Assembly: GCF_001194135.2 (NCBI RefSeq)
Contig: NC_068987.1
Span: forward strand, 100,909,791 to 100,965,957
Direction: 5' to 3'
DNA from: Octopus bimaculoides
Lineage: Eukaryota
DNA length: 56,167 bases
In this document: positions 54,152 through 56,167 of the stretch, piece by piece
Layout of the letters: each line of letters begins with the position of its first letter
Position numbering within the stretch: the first letter of the stretch is position 1
Translations under genes and position numbers: made by a program
Notes under the pieces: model-generated
Databases searched by the model: none
What the model was told of the DNA's origin: nothing
What the model saw: only the letters and a program-made list of their open reading frames with translations

Positions 54152-56130
54152 TATATATACCAATTCCACATCAGATCATATTTTTAGCAAAACTATATCT
54201 AATAACATGAATATAAATGTTACTTTTTATGCCAGATGATGAGAAACATATCACTTGAAAGAATTTGTGAATGAAATGCAATTTCCATTACATGCAACGA
54301 TTCCATTTCTGTTACCAGAAATACTGTAAATTACATTGTATTTTACTTGAGAAGGAAAAGAAACTCTTTGGTACTCTCTTAGTAAAATATTGTATGATGA
54401 TTGGCAGGTTAAGTTGATTAAAACGGACCTTCGTCTTATTGTTTATTTTCACGTGAAAAACAATGCTGCGCAGATAGATTCTAATCTAGCATTACAAAGT
54501 ATTAGCTCAAGTAATAGGGTGTAATATTTGGTGACGGCTTTTAAAAGTATAAAGAACGTATATTCAATTGAAAACATTGTATTGGTCCAAGCCAGAAAAA
54601 AGTTGGGAAATTAAGAATTCATGTTCCAGAGATGGTGAAACAGTTTTTCTCTTTAAAATTTTGTTTAAGGACTCAAAATACCTAGCAAAATGTATATAGA
54701 GGATAGACCATGTATATGAACGCTGCGGCAATATAATATCTTTTTTTCTTTAATCCTCCTTAGTCCCTTACATTGCTTGCTTAAATTCATTTTATGGCCT
54801 ATATTACTTAAACAAGAGCTTGATGAATTTAAGTTTCATCGAAATATCGTTTCGACTTTTAACAATAACGTCGCTTAATTCTTCTCCTTTGCAATTACAC
54901 ATAACTTTAAGTCTCCTACTTACAGACTTTTTCCGTCACCCTTATTTTGATAGAAATCAAATAAATCGAGATTAGAATGCGCATAACACTATTTGTCCTT
55001 CCGACAATTTTATAATTCAATATTATCGTATTAAAAGGCAAAAGTGCATTGCTGTGACAATGCAATATATCTATATTTATCAACTGTCAATTAAACATAC
55101 TTGACGGTAGCCTCAGTCGTGTAGTTTAGTAGGGGACAGAGGCACACCTAAAACGAGTTTACACACAAAAGACTGATTTATAGACTAGTGGTGGGGAAGA
55201 ATCATAAACTTCACAATATATTACCCGCAGTAATATTCAGACAGGTGACCTCTAACCATAAAATCAAACAACATTACAAAACATCAAACGACTAAATATA
55301 CGTTGAAGAATTATTGCGTTAGCATACATATATATTTGTTCAGCTATTACGGCCCTTTGTCACTGATATTTGTTTATTATTCAAAACGCCAAGTGAAGCT
55401 CTCTAAATATTACAGTGTATGGCGTGTAACTATAGCGCTCAGCTATATAAATATTCACTATATAATCATTATATTAATATTTCCTAAATATTGCTATCAC
55501 ATACTATATTTTCCTTTCGATTTGAGATTTAATTCCTCACCAGGTCGGTGAATATTTCTATACATTTTTTTTGTAGCTACTTAGCAGAGTTTTTTTCTCA
55601 TTTTCCCTCTATAGCTAGAAAACAACGATACTATCTTTATAAGCAGGTCATGTGGCAGGCCAGTCTTCAATAAGAATACATTGATATTATCTCGAAATAT
55701 TTCCAACTCAGTGTTCACCATCAATCATACTTTAGTTACATTATGAACCCACCCAAACCTAATCCAGAATTACATTATTTACGACAGATATATGTTTCCC
55801 TTCTACACAAAGTATGTCTTTCTTTTTCAACTCCTCCCCTCCAATATCTCACATTTTCCCTTTATATCTATATGAATATATAAGTGTGCGTATATGTGTG
55901 CGTGTGTGTACGGTGTGTGTATGTATACATGCGCGTGTGCGTATGTTTTACGGACACATGCTATATATAGTATGTATGTATATAAATGCGAAATTGTACT
56001 ACATATGAGTATAAAAACCTTATTACGGACGGTATTTTCAACAGTTAAGCAGGCACATAACAGACGTACATATAAATGAACGCCCACATAGATATCCAGA
56101 ATATTATACGCACACACACACACACACATA

Positions 56131-56167
<37 letters not shown>

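Overview
This is AT-rich, repeat-dense animal genomic DNA from a draft assembly with about 13 N-gaps, most of them beside di- or tetranucleotide microsatellites. The microsatellite and SINE content resembles an octopus/cephalopod genome, which is an inference. I found no host gene, RNA gene or CRISPR array that I can name. Most ORFs in the supplied track are artefacts of microsatellites or N-runs. Recognisable content is almost all decayed mobile DNA: about 10 fragments of R4/Dong-type (restriction-like endonuclease) non-LTR retrotransposons, one Tx1/L1-type LINE, a Chapaev3-like DNA transposon, a Tc1 element with IR/DR termini, a mariner deletion derivative, a mariner-type MITE, Penelope-like termini and many tRNA/CORE-type SINEs. 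The best-supported pattern is that the R4/Dong fragments sit against (AAT)n tracts in strand-concordant orientation and pile up in a nested array at about 41.9-46.9 kb. Their 3'-UTRs carry family-specific stem-loops. Unique sequence contains several phase-compatible candidate exon chains on both strands; none can be identified or confirmed without RNA-seq or homology searches.
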